Assembly: GCA_049278415.1 (NCBI GenBank)
Contig: JBAPMC010000279.1
Location: 1-35,260, forward strand
Origin: Solirubrobacteraceae bacterium
GTDB taxonomy: Bacteria > Actinomycetota > Thermoleophilia > Solirubrobacterales > Solirubrobacteraceae
Direction: 5' to 3'
DNA: 35,260 nt
Shown here: positions 7,876-16,613 of the stretch, piece by piece
Layout: every line of letters starts with the position of its first letter
Position numbering within the stretch: the stretch's first letter is position 1
The notes under the pieces: generated by a model
What the model was told of the DNA's origin: nothing
Database searches by the model: none
Seen by the model: the letters and a program-made list of their open reading frames with translations, nothing else
Position numbers and translations under genes: made by a program

Positions 7876-9534
7876 ATGGCCTCTCTCCGAGCTCGCTTCC
7901 CGGGGGACGCCGCCTCCCGGAAGCGATTGACCCTCCTAGCGTGCATCCTTGGCTCCGGTATCGCACTGCTCGACAGCACCGTCGTGAACGTCGCCTTGCC
8001 AACTATCCAGCGTGACCTGGGCGGGGGGTTGGCGGCCCAGCAATGGGTTGTAAACGCCTACCTGTTGACGCTTGGCTCGCTGATTTTGGTGGGTGGCTCA
8101 TTGGGGGATCTCTATGGAGAGCGACGGATCTTTGCACTCGGTGTAGGAGGGTTCGGGGTTGCGTCTCTGCTTTGTGCGTTGGCTCCCACAATCGGTGCTT
8201 TGATTGCGGCTCGTGCGCTGCAAGGGGTAGCCAGTGCACTGCTCACACCGAGCGCGCTGGCGGTGATCGTCATGACTTTCAAGGAGTCTGAGCGCGGTCC
8301 GGCAATCGGTAGCTGGACTGCCTGGGGAGGAATTGCCACGGTGCTCGGGCCGCTTGCCGGAGGCGAGCTGCTCCAGATCTCATCCTGGCGAGTGATCTTC
8401 CTGATCAACCTGCCACTCGTAGTAATTTGCATAACGCTGATCCTGGCCGTGATCCCACGCACGAAGCCTCGGCGTGAGACGACTAGAAGGATTGATTTCC
8501 TGGGCGGATTCCTGTGTGCCCTGGGTCTTGGTGGGCCAGTGTTCGCGCTGATCGAGCAGCCTCGACTTGGCTGGACAGATCCAGCTGTGATATGCCCATT
8601 GATTGGGGGCGCAATATTGCTTGTGTGCTTCGTTCTGCACGAGTCTCGCGCGCGTGATCCGATGTTGCCGCTTCGACTATTTCGTCGACGCAATTTCTCA
8701 GCCGGAAACATCGAGACGTTCTCGATGTACGCGGGCCTATCGATCTTGTTCTTCTTTCTGACGATCTTTCTGCAACAGATTGGTGGCTACACCCCACTCC
8801 AAAGCGGTCTCGCGACGCTGCCGGCGACGGCTGTGATGTTCGTGTTCTCCAAGCGTTTTGGTGCGCTCGCTGACCGTTTTGGCCCACGCTTCTTCATGGG
8901 CGCTGGACCGCTGGTGGCCGCTTGCGGACTGTTGCTCTTTCAGCGAATCGGGGTGCATGTGGACTACCTCACCGATGTATTGCCAGGCATCCTCGTCTTC
9001 TCGCTCGGTTTGTCGATGACGGTCGCGCCGCTGACAGCAGCAGTGCTGGCGGGTGTGGAGACGAACCAGGCTGGCATCGCCTCGGCTGTCAACAATGCTG
9101 TGGCGCGGGTAGCAGGTCTGCTGGGCACGGCGGCGGTGGGTGCAGCGGTTGCGGCATCGTTCGTCTCTGGCTTGGATAGCAACTTGGCGGGCCGCCCGCT
9201 AGGGCCACCCGCAAAAGCGGCTGTCGATGAAGCCAAGAAGCTTCCACTCGGTCGCCCCGACACGGCTGGCCTTCCCCGAGCGCAGGCTAGTGCAATCACG
9301 GTGGCCGCCAACGACGCTTCGCTTGACAGCTTCCATCTGGGATTGGGGATCGCAGCTTTCCTCGTCGCAGCCGGCGGCTTGGTTGGAGCGATTGGGGTGC
9401 GCAACCCCCGCCGTGCTGTCCGCGCCGAGGAGTGCGAGGGTGGACAGCTAGTCGGAGCCGCGCTCGACGCCGCTGGCTGTCACGAGGGCGACCTAGCCCT
9501 CAGTGGAGAGCCTCAACCAACGCTCTCTGCGTAG
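7876..9534 (+). CDS. MFS drug:H+ antiporter (DHA2/EmrB-QacA, 14 TMS)
   Basis: LDSTVVNVALPTI, WVVNAYLL, GSLGDLYGERR, WRVIFLINLP motifs; TACCGT -10-like box 7 nt before ATG 7876. Confidence 0.93.
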   Translation: MASLRARFPGDAASRKRLTLLACILGSGIALLDSTVVNVALPTIQRDLGGGLAAQQWVVNAYLLTLGSLILVGGSLGDLYGERRIFALGVGGFGVASLLCALAPTIGALIAARALQGVASALLTPSALAVIVMTFKESERGPAIGSWTAWGGIATVLGPLAGGELLQISSWRVIFLINLPLVVICITLILAVIPRTKPRRETTRRIDFLGGFLCALGLGGPVFALIEQPRLGWTDPAVICPLIGGAILLVCFVLHESRARDPMLPLRLFRRRNFSAGNIETFSMYAGLSILFFFLTIFLQQIGGYTPLQSGLATLPATAVMFVFSKRFGALADRFGPRFFMGAGPLVAACGLLLFQRIGVHVDYLTDVLPGILVFSLGLSMTVAPLTAAVLAGVETNQAGIASAVNNAVARVAGLLGTAAVGAAVAASFVSGLDSNLAGRPLGPPAKAAVDEAKKLPLGRPDTAGLPRAQASAITVAANDASLDSFHLGLGIAAFLVAAGGLVGAIGVRNPRRAVRAEECEGGQLVGAALDAAGCHEGDLALSGEPQPTLSA

Positions 9535-9836
9535 GCCCGCATAGCCTCGATCACCGGTGCGAGCCGTCGCCCGCGTGTCGTCAGCCGGTACTCGACGGTG
9601 GGTGGGCTCGTTGGCAGCACCGTCCGCTCGATCAGCCCGGCTCCCTCCAGATCGCGCAGGCGCTCAGAGAGCATCCGTGGCGATATGCCCCCCACCGCCT
9701 CGGCGAATTCGTTGAAACGCAGGGCTCCAGTCAGGGCGGCGTAGATGATGGACAGCTGCCAGCGCCGCTCGAGGAGGTCCGCGGCCTGGCGGACCTCCAA
9801 GGGCACTGGCTGACATCGGCGTGCGCTGCGTGACAT
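9513..9836 (-). CDS. HxlR/DUF24-family winged-helix transcriptional regulator
   Basis: LLERRWQLSII, RFNEF, ISPRMLSERLRDLE, PPTVEYRLT; N-terminal Cys. Confidence 0.92.
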   Translation of the reverse strand: MSRSARRCQPVPLEVRQAADLLERRWQLSIIYAALTGALRFNEFAEAVGGISPRMLSERLRDLEGAGLIERTVLPTSPPTVEYRLTTRGRRLAPVIEAMRAYAESVG

Positions 9837-9849
9837 CGAACCGCTCCGG

Positions 9850-12198
9850 CTAGGAGACCTGTGCGACCTTTGGCGAGGGCTCGAGCGCGAGATCGAGTAC
9901 TTCCTGGACGCTCATCACCGGGTGGAAGCTCATTTGCTCGCGAACCTCCTCGGGGATGTCGTCAAGGTCGCCGCGGTTGCGCTCCGGCAGGATCACGTCG
10001 GTCAGGCCGGCCGCATGAGCGGCGAGCACCTTCTGCTTGAGTCCGCCGATCGGCAGTACACGGCCTTGCAGCGTAACCTCGCCGGTCATGCCGACGGTGT
10101 GCTTTACCGGACGCTCCGACAGCAGCGAGGCGAGTGCAGTGACCATCGTGACGCCCGCACTGGGACCGTCCTTTGGAATCGCGCCCGCGGGCACATGGAC
10201 GTGGAACTCGCTGTTCTCAAACGCCGACTCCTCAATCCCGAGCTCCTCCGCGTGACCTCGAACGTAGGAGAGGGCGATCCGCGTCGACTCCTTCATCACA
10301 TCGCCAAGCTGGCCGGTAAGCACGAGCCCGTTGCCTCCGGAGCTGCCCGCCTTCATAGCCGTCGCCTCTACGAACAGCACATCTCCGCCGGTGCCGGTGA
10401 CAGCCAGACCGGTAGCCACGCCCGGTGTGGCCGTCCGCGCAGCCGACTCCTGGAAGAACTTCTGGCGTCCGAGCGCGTCACGCACGGTCTCAAGGGCGAC
10501 TTCGACAGGTGGCTCTACCTCACCGGAGGCGACCCGGGTGGCCGTCTTGCGCAGCACTGTTCCGAGCTCTCGCTCGAGGTTGCGCACGCCCGCCTCACGC
10601 GTGTACTCAGCGATGATCGTCCGCAGCACGTCGTCTGAGACGCTCACCTCCTCCTCGCGCAGGCCGTTGCGGTCACGCTGGCGCGGCCACAGGTAGCCCT
10701 TGGCGATTGCCAGCTTCTCCTCGCTGGTGTACCCGTCGAAGCGGATCACCTCCATGCGGTCGAGCAGTGGCCCGGGGATGGTGTCGGCGACGTTCGCGGT
10801 TGCTATGAACATGACTTGGCTGAGGTCGAGCTCCACGTCGAGATAGTGATCGCGGAACGAATGGTTCTGAGCTGGATCGAGCACCTCGAGCAGTGCGGCC
10901 GAGGGGTCTCCCCGCCAGTCTGCGCCGACCTTGTCGACCTCGTCGAGCAGGATTACGGGGTTGATCGTTCCTGCGTCGCGCAAAGCCCGCACGAGCCGTC
11001 CCGGCAGCGCCCCGATATAGGTGCGTCGGTGCCCGCGGATCTCAGCCTCGTCACGCACGCCGCCGAGCGACATGCGCACGAACTCACGGCCAGTTGCACG
11101 TGCTATCGACTCGCCGATCGAGGTCTTGCCGGTGCCTGGGGGGCCGATCAGCGTGAGGATCGCTCCCGACTTGGGGTCGGCCTCGATGCCGCGGTCCTGG
11201 CGCAGCTTGCGTACTGCTAGGTACTCGGTGATGCGGTCCTTCACATCTTCGAGCCCCTCATGATCATCGTCGAGGACCTTACGTGCCGCCACTGGATCGA
11301 GATGCTCCTCCGAGCGCTTGTTCCACGGCACGGCTATCAGCCAGTCAAGGTAGGTGCGAATCATGCTCGACTCGCCGGTCTGCTCGCCCATCCGCTCTAG
11401 CCGACCGAGCTCCTTCAGCGCCTGCTCGTGCACTGCCTCGGGCATCTCCGCGGCCTCGATCTTCGTCCGGTACTCCTCGACGATCGAGCCCTCGTCCTCG
11501 TCGAGCTCCTTGCGGATCGACTCCATCTGCTTGCGCAGGAAGTACTCGCGCTGCTGCTTGTCGGCGCCCTCCTGCACGTCCTCGCGGATGCGCTTGCGTA
11601 CCTGCAGCTCGGCGAGACTGTCCCGTTGCAGCTTGACGGCGAGCTGCAGCCTGTCGGTCACGCCAAGGGTGCGCAACAGCTCCACCTTTTGCTCGTAGGT
11701 CAAGTTGGGGGAGTAGCCGGCGGAGTCTGCAAGCGGACCGGGCTCGATGATTGCGCGTAGAAATGCTGCGATGCGTCCGTCATCGCCGCGCAACTCGAGG
11801 ATCTCCTCGACCACAGCTCGATATTCACGCTCGAGCTCGCGTGTGCGCTTGTCCACCGGCACATCGTCGGGGCGCTCGTCGACCTCGACGCGCAGCTCTC
11901 CTTCGGGTCCGGTTTGCGCAGCGCCGATCAGCGCACGGTGCTCGCCTGACAGAGCGACGGCGTGACCGCCGCCGGGCAGGCGCAACTGCTCGGACACCTC
12001 GGCGATCGTGCCGACCTCGAGGAACTCATTCTCGTGGCGAGGAACGAGCACAACACGCTCGTCGTCGCCGACGTCGATGGTAAGCGTGATGCCCATGCTC
12101 GGGAACACGACCGTGTCATCGAGCGGGATCAGCCGCAAGACGGGCTTTGACTGCTGCTCCTGGGGGTCTTGTGAAGGGGGTGAGGGAGTTGAAGCCAT
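9850..12198 (-). CDS. lon: ATP-dependent Lon protease (endopeptidase La)
   Basis: Walker [22 protein letters not shown], Walker B ILLDEVDK, catalytic PKDGPSAG and GGLKQK; GGAG SD before ATG 12198 (alternative ATG 12213). Confidence 0.98.
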   Translation of the reverse strand: MASTPSPPSQDPQEQQSKPVLRLIPLDDTVVFPSMGITLTIDVGDDERVVLVPRHENEFLEVGTIAEVSEQLRLPGGGHAVALSGEHRALIGAAQTGPEGELRVEVDERPDDVPVDKRTRELEREYRAVVEEILELRGDDGRIAAFLRAIIEPGPLADSAGYSPNLTYEQKVELLRTLGVTDRLQLAVKLQRDSLAELQVRKRIREDVQEGADKQQREYFLRKQMESIRKELDEDEGSIVEEYRTKIEAAEMPEAVHEQALKELGRLERMGEQTGESSMIRTYLDWLIAVPWNKRSEEHLDPVAARKVLDDDHEGLEDVKDRITEYLAVRKLRQDRGIEADPKSGAILTLIGPPGTGKTSIGESIARATGREFVRMSLGGVRDEAEIRGHRRTYIGALPGRLVRALRDAGTINPVILLDEVDKVGADWRGDPSAALLEVLDPAQNHSFRDHYLDVELDLSQVMFIATANVADTIPGPLLDRMEVIRFDGYTSEEKLAIAKGYLWPRQRDRNGLREEEVSVSDDVLRTIIAEYTREAGVRNLERELGTVLRKTATRVASGEVEPPVEVALETVRDALGRQKFFQESAARTATPGVATGLAVTGTGGDVLFVEATAMKAGSSGGNGLVLTGQLGDVMKESTRIALSYVRGHAEELGIEESAFENSEFHVHVPAGAIPKDGPSAGVTMVTALASLLSERPVKHTVGMTGEVTLQGRVLPIGGLKQKVLAAHAAGLTDVILPERNRGDLDDIPEEVREQMSFHPVMSVQEVLDLALEPSPKVAQVS

Positions 12199-12249
12199 CG
12201 GTATACGCTCCATATAAGGTTACGAATATATAGTTAGTATAGCCACGGA

Positions 12250-13176
12250 TCAGGGGTCTTCAAGTGCCTTCTCCTCTGTGCTCTGGACGTCGCCCAGCAG
12301 GCTGCATGGCCATAGTCGCCGGGCTCGCACAACGTTTGCCTCCGCCGCGAGCACAGTTACTTGGCCACCGAGATACAGCCAGGTGAGCAGGCCGAGCACG
12401 AACGCGAACAGGCCCGATGTCTCCTTTGCGTGACGCACAACATGACCCACATAGAAGCCGCCTACGTGCTGCAGTATTTGCCATAGCACCGCAGCAAGGA
12501 TCACGCCGGGGATCAGATCGCGTGTGTCCACCTCCTCGGCGGTGAGCATCCTGAAGACAACGAAGAACAGCAGCAGGTTCGCCGCCAGCGCCGCCAGCAC
12601 ACCGCCCATCAGGGCCACCGCACCGGCAGTTTGCGCAGTCACATAGCCGGCGACGACGGTGGAGAGAATACTGAGCACACCGAGCAGCGCGAGCAGCCCG
12701 AGCCCCCGCAGGCGCCAGGCGAGGAAGCCCAGCTGATGGCGATGTGGGATCTGCCAGACCTTGTTGAAGGCGTTCTGGGTGGCGCCTGTCACTCCCAGTC
12801 CCGCCAGCAGCGAGCCAACAAGCCCGATAGCGAGCGCCACGACGCTGCCTTTCAGCGAATGGATGTTGCTCTGGAGCTGGGTGCCGATGATCGGGAACTG
12901 GCTGAGTGTTGAGTGCAGCACGCTCTCCTGCGCACTCGGATTGCCCTGGAGCACAAAGCCGAGCACCGTGACGAACACGAGCAGCAGCGGGAACAGCGAG
13001 AAGAACCCGTAGTAGGCGATCAGCGCGCCCATCTGGCTCCCCTGATCCTCGTCGAAGCGCTTGATGACCGCGACTACGAAGCCGAGCCGCCGGCTGCGCT
13101 GCTGAAAGCGGTCCACGGCCTGTAGCCAATTGCGGGCGAACTGGGAGGGGGGTGTGCGGGCCACTTGCACCGACAT
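12250..13176 (-). CDS. YihY/BrkB family membrane protein
   Basis: D..GSQMGALIAYYGFFSLFPLLL, FAFVLGLLTWLYL..VLAAEANV; about 6 TM; start uncertain by about 7 codons. Confidence 0.9.
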   Translation of the reverse strand: MSVQVARTPPSQFARNWLQAVDRFQQRSRRLGFVVAVIKRFDEDQGSQMGALIAYYGFFSLFPLLLVFVTVLGFVLQGNPSAQESVLHSTLSQFPIIGTQLQSNIHSLKGSVVALAIGLVGSLLAGLGVTGATQNAFNKVWQIPHRHQLGFLAWRLRGLGLLALLGVLSILSTVVAGYVTAQTAGAVALMGGVLAALAANLLLFFVVFRMLTAEEVDTRDLIPGVILAAVLWQILQHVGGFYVGHVVRHAKETSGLFAFVLGLLTWLYLGGQVTVLAAEANVVRARRLWPCSLLGDVQSTEEKALEDP

Positions 13177-13260
13177 GCTTACGTGTCTACCCGACAAGAG
13201 AGCCCCAAACGACTTAATGCGCGCCCTACGCGAGTTGGCAAACCTGGGCGACTCGGCCCG

Positions 13261-13890
13261 TTGGACCCCGCTGAAGCGCTCGCGCTTGTTGCACGCTCGC
13301 GCCGCGAGCTGTTGCTTTCAGCCCATCGCCACCGTCTTGCGCGCGAGGATCTCGAAGACTGTTACAGCCAGGCGACACTGGAGCTGCTGAGGCGCTCCAC
13401 CACAACAGGGGCGTTCTCAAGCCACGCGCATATAGCCAACGCTCTCGAGCAACGGCTGCTGTCGCGGATACATGACCGCCGCCGTGCACTGAGTGGGCGT
13501 AGTCCGATCGAGGCTGCCATGGCGAGCTCGCTCCCTCTTGGCGACTGTCACGAGCATGAAGTGGATATCCCGGATGCACGCCTTGATGTCGAGCGCCTCG
13601 CATTGCTGCGCCATGACCTACGCCGTATCAGCGAGAAGGCGCTTGAGCTATCCGAGGATCAGCGGCTCGTGCTCAAAAACCAGCTCACGCACGACATGGG
13701 TTGCGCTGAGTTCTGTAGGGCATACGGTTGGACACCCGAGAAGTACCGCAAGGTTGCCCAGCGCGCCCGGACACGACTGAAGCGGCTACTCGCAACCGAT
13801 CAGCTCCTACCAGAGCCTGTTGCCAGTCAACCAAATTCGTTTGTCCCGTCTATCGCCTTAGGTCGGATTAGAGAGCAGGGACACCTATGA
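13261..13890 (+). CDS. Sigma-70/ECF-like RNA polymerase sigma factor
   Basis: Region-2-like REDLEDCYSQATLELL...LLSRIHDRRR and region-4-like LSEDQRLVL..MGCAEFCRAYGWTPEKYRKVAQRARTRLK; start uncertain (frame open from 13165). Confidence 0.75.
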   Translation: MDPAEALALVARSRRELLLSAHRHRLAREDLEDCYSQATLELLRRSTTTGAFSSHAHIANALEQRLLSRIHDRRRALSGRSPIEAAMASSLPLGDCHEHEVDIPDARLDVERLALLRHDLRRISEKALELSEDQRLVLKNQLTHDMGCAEFCRAYGWTPEKYRKVAQRARTRLKRLLATDQLLPEPVASQPNSFVPSIALGRIREQGHL

Positions 13891-14063
13891 GCATTCCTTG
13901 CCCCCCACATAGGCACGTCCCTTGGGACGCCGACGGTCGGTTGTCAAGACGATCGCCCGGTGATTCCCATTCGCACGTTCGCGGCCGGGAGCTGGACATC
14001 TCCCCATCCTTGCTCCCGGTCGCCTGCGTGCTCAACGGTGACCGCAGAGGGCCACACTCGTGA
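13887..14063 (+). CDS. Putative 58-aa peptide (below ORF-track cutoff)
   Basis: ATG 13887 to TGA 14061-14063 with no internal stop; ATGA overlap with sigma stop and GTGA overlap with next start. Confidence 0.4.
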   Translation: MSIPCPPHRHVPWDADGRLSRRSPGDSHSHVRGRELDISPSLLPVACVLNGDRRGPHS

Positions 14064-14650
14064 CGCTCTGGCACAGGGCTCCGCGCGAGGTCTATCGCGT
14101 CTACGGAGAGGATGAGTACCTCGCCGAAGGCGAGATCCATGCTGAGGGCTACGCACACGCGGAGGGCGAGGTGCACGCCTACAGCACTGCACACGTGGAG
14201 GAGGAGACCCGGCGCTCGTCCCTCCGTGGGAGGGCACAAGGCAGGCGCTCGCAACGGCTCGTCGGGCTTGGTCTGTTGGTAGGCGTCGCTGTGGGTGCAC
14301 TCGGTCTGGTGGCCTTGAATGCCTCGCATCGGCCAGCGGTTGGCTCACAGCCTGGCTTTGCACACAGCGCTGATGCGCCCGCTGCGCGTCGTCCGTCCAC
14401 AGGCGCACTCGCCGACCCCAGCCCAGCAGTCCGTATGCCCACAGAGGCCGGCTCTAGTCGGCGCAAGTTGGCGCCGCAGAGCGCTCCGGCGCACCAGCCC
14501 TTCCGTCCACGGTTGCGCGCCGGGAGCCCAATCAATTCGGCGCCAAGCGCAGCGTTGGCGGAGACCAGAGAGCTTTGGCCCTCTGCTTCTGAGCTCTCCG
14601 AATCTGACACAGCGTCGGCCACCGACGAAGAGTTCAACTTCGAGCGTTGA
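14060..14650 (+). CDS. Hypothetical single-pass membrane protein
   Basis: Acidic/His N-terminus, basic patch, one TM (LVGLGLLVGVAVGALGLVAL), Pro/Ala/Ser-rich tail ending EEFNFER; 4-nt overlaps at both ends. Confidence 0.65.
   Translation: MTLWHRAPREVYRVYGEDEYLAEGEIHAEGYAHAEGEVHAYSTAHVEEETRRSSLRGRAQGRRSQRLVGLGLLVGVAVGALGLVALNASHRPAVGSQPGFAHSADAPAARRPSTGALADPSPAVRMPTEAGSSRRKLAPQSAPAHQPFRPRLRAGSPINSAPSAALAETRELWPSASELSESDTASATDEEFNFER
14123..14194 (+). repeat. Degenerate 18-bp tandem repeat x4, in frame
   Basis: gccgaaggcgagatccat / gctgagggctacgcacac / gcggagggcgaggtgcac / gcctacagcactgcacac = AEGEIH AEGYAH AEGEVH AYSTAH. Confidence 0.7.
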
Positions 14651-15519
14651 CCGAAATGTCCGGTGCCAGCTCAAACGTAAGGGTCACCGTTACGGCAAGG
14701 CCGATGTGGCGTATACGTCTCACACGCGAGTTGCCGCGCTACCTACTTCAGGGATTGGCAACTGCGGGCGTGCTTGCAAGCGTGCGTTTTGCGGTCGCTC
14801 CGCCTCGGCCGGTGACAGCGCGCGTGTTGACGCCGAGCCAAGTGGTGGTCGATCGTGCGGCCGAAGGCTTCGCGTCGCTGTTTGCCAGGCGCTATCTCAC
14901 GTGGGACTCACGCCATCCAGAAGCACACAGGCAGGCGCTAGCCCCTTTCCTAGGCTCGTCGATGGAAGCGGAGGTGGGCCTGCAGCCACCTGAAAGCGGA
15001 GCGCAGCAAGTGCAATGGACGCAGGTTGTGCAGGCGCGCAGCGCTGCTGCAGGCGAGCGCGTATACACCGTCGCTGTCCAAACCGATACGGACGGCCTTC
15101 TCTATCTGAGCGTTGGCGTCATACGAGAGGGAGAAGGCAGGCTGGCGCTGGCTGGCTATCCGGCGTTTATCGGCGCGCCCGCAGCGACAATGGCAATGGC
15201 GCCGGCGCACTTGCGCGAAGTTGATGACTCGTCCTTGAGAACAATGGTGAGGCGTGCTTTGCGCAACTACTTGGGGCGCGCCGAATCGGAGCTCGCTGCC
15301 GATCTTGTGATGGGCGCGCACATCTCGCTCCCAGGGATGACGCTCACGCTGCAGTCACTCGAGACCCTTGACTGGTCCATCACAGGTCGCTCCGTGCTGG
15401 CTGTGGTGCGGGCCGGCGATGCTCGCGGAGCTCAATACACGCTCGCCTACGAACTGGACGTTATGTCCGCGGACGGCCGTTGGGAGGTCTCGGCAATTCA
15501 GACCAACCCCGACACATAG
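14647..15519 (+). CDS. Conjugal transfer protein, TcpC/ConB family (VirB8-like)
   Basis: One N-terminal TM then two NTF2-like-sized domains; FASLFARRYLTWD, LRNYL, YTLAYEL..GRWEVSAI patterns; position before VirB3/VirB4-like genes. Confidence 0.82.
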   Translation: MTEMSGASSNVRVTVTARPMWRIRLTRELPRYLLQGLATAGVLASVRFAVAPPRPVTARVLTPSQVVVDRAAEGFASLFARRYLTWDSRHPEAHRQALAPFLGSSMEAEVGLQPPESGAQQVQWTQVVQARSAAAGERVYTVAVQTDTDGLLYLSVGVIREGEGRLALAGYPAFIGAPAATMAMAPAHLREVDDSSLRTMVRRALRNYLGRAESELAADLVMGAHISLPGMTLTLQSLETLDWSITGRSVLAVVRAGDARGAQYTLAYELDVMSADGRWEVSAIQTNPDT

Positions 15520-15594
15520 GCGCACATCTCGATCGACGCGAAAGCGCCAAACAACGGATGCACCCATCCGATCAACCACATAAAGGAGACCAAG

Positions 15595-15975
15595 ATGCAC
15601 AGATTCCGCACACGATCGGTCGCACAAGTCTCGCTGACACTCACTCTCACACTGTTGGCGCTTGCAACTCCTGCAGTGGCGCCTGCGTCAGCGGCTGCCA
15701 TTGGAGCGCTGAATCCCGCAGCAGTCACTGAATCGGCGGAAGGGTCAGGCTCGCTCGAGTCGGCTGCGATGAAGGCCGGCGAAACCGGGCGCAAGGTAGC
15801 TATGAGCCTGATCGCCCTAGGATTTGCGATCGCCTCGATCGTGCTCGCCTTCCGACGTGACTTCAAGGAGGCTGCAGGCATATTCGCGATCGGCCTCGTC
15901 GCGATATTGCTCGCCACACCGGCAGGAGTGAATGTCTTGCATGACACCGTCAACTCTCTCTTCGGAGCCTCCTGA
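15595..15975 (+). CDS. Small pilin-like membrane protein (TcpD/ConC, VirB2-like)
   Basis: Signal-peptide-like N-terminus then two hydrophobic helices split by RRDFKE; strong SD AAAGGAG; lies between TcpC- and TcpE-like genes. Confidence 0.7.
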   Translation: MHRFRTRSVAQVSLTLTLTLLALATPAVAPASAAAIGALNPAAVTESAEGSGSLESAAMKAGETGRKVAMSLIALGFAIASIVLAFRRDFKEAAGIFAIGLVAILLATPAGVNVLHDTVNSLFGAS

Positions 15976-16013
15976 CAGAGCGGTGCAACAGAAACTCAGA
16001 CCGCGGGTTGGCA

Positions 16014-16613
16014 ATGACGGAGATTAGGTCATACAGGAGCGTGTTCGACCTCGAGCGGCGTATCTACCGCATCGATCGACTGAGGCTTAACCCTGGTGGT
16101 GTGCCGCTGCGGGGAATCGTCTATTTCATAGTGATCCTTGCGGCGACACTGCTCGCCGGCGCACTGCCGTTGATTGCAGCGCTCATGCGGATGCTGCCGT
16201 GGTATGTGCGCGACGTTGCCCTACCCGGCGCAACTGCGGCACTGTTCACTCTGATCAAGGTCGAGGGCCGCCCGTTTCATCTCGCTGCGCTCGCGTTGCT
16301 TCGCTATGGGCTCGGGCCGCGCGAGCTAGCCGGAGTCAGACAGCGCGTGGCCACTGACCGACGCTGGCGCCTCGACGAGCTCGTCGTGCTGGCAGACGGA
16401 TCGGACTCGCGTTTGCGCCGCCTGCGCTACACGGGGCCAGGGGCAGTGCTCGTCAGCACCGCGCACGTTCGCAGCGCATGGTCGCTTGGACCATTCAGGC
16501 GGCTGGCACGACGTCCGAGTATGACGCTCGCAGAGCTGCCGGGGAAGCCACGCCCGGCGCGTGGCCAGGTGATCGCACTTACAAATGGCGTCCACCTCGA
16601 GGTGAGACGGTGA
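16014..16613 (+). CDS. TcpE/ConD family conjugal transfer membrane protein (VirB3-like)
   Basis: IRSYRSVFDLERRIYRID..GVPLRGIVYF, two TMs, KVEGRP; GTGA-coupled to the VirB4-like ATPase. Confidence 0.82.
   Translation: MTEIRSYRSVFDLERRIYRIDRLRLNPGGVPLRGIVYFIVILAATLLAGALPLIAALMRMLPWYVRDVALPGATAALFTLIKVEGRPFHLAALALLRYGLGPRELAGVRQRVATDRRWRLDELVVLADGSDSRLRRLRYTGPGAVLVSTAHVRSAWSLGPFRRLARRPSMTLAELPGKPRPARGQVIALTNGVHLEVRR

Noticed and set aside
14123..14194. Possible CRISPR or mini-array
   Set aside because: Adjacent degenerate 18-mers with no spacers, in frame within a CDS; no cas genes.
16478..16609. Longer start for the VirB4-like gene
   Set aside because: Lies inside the TcpE-like gene; GTG 16610 has an SD and a GTGA overlap.
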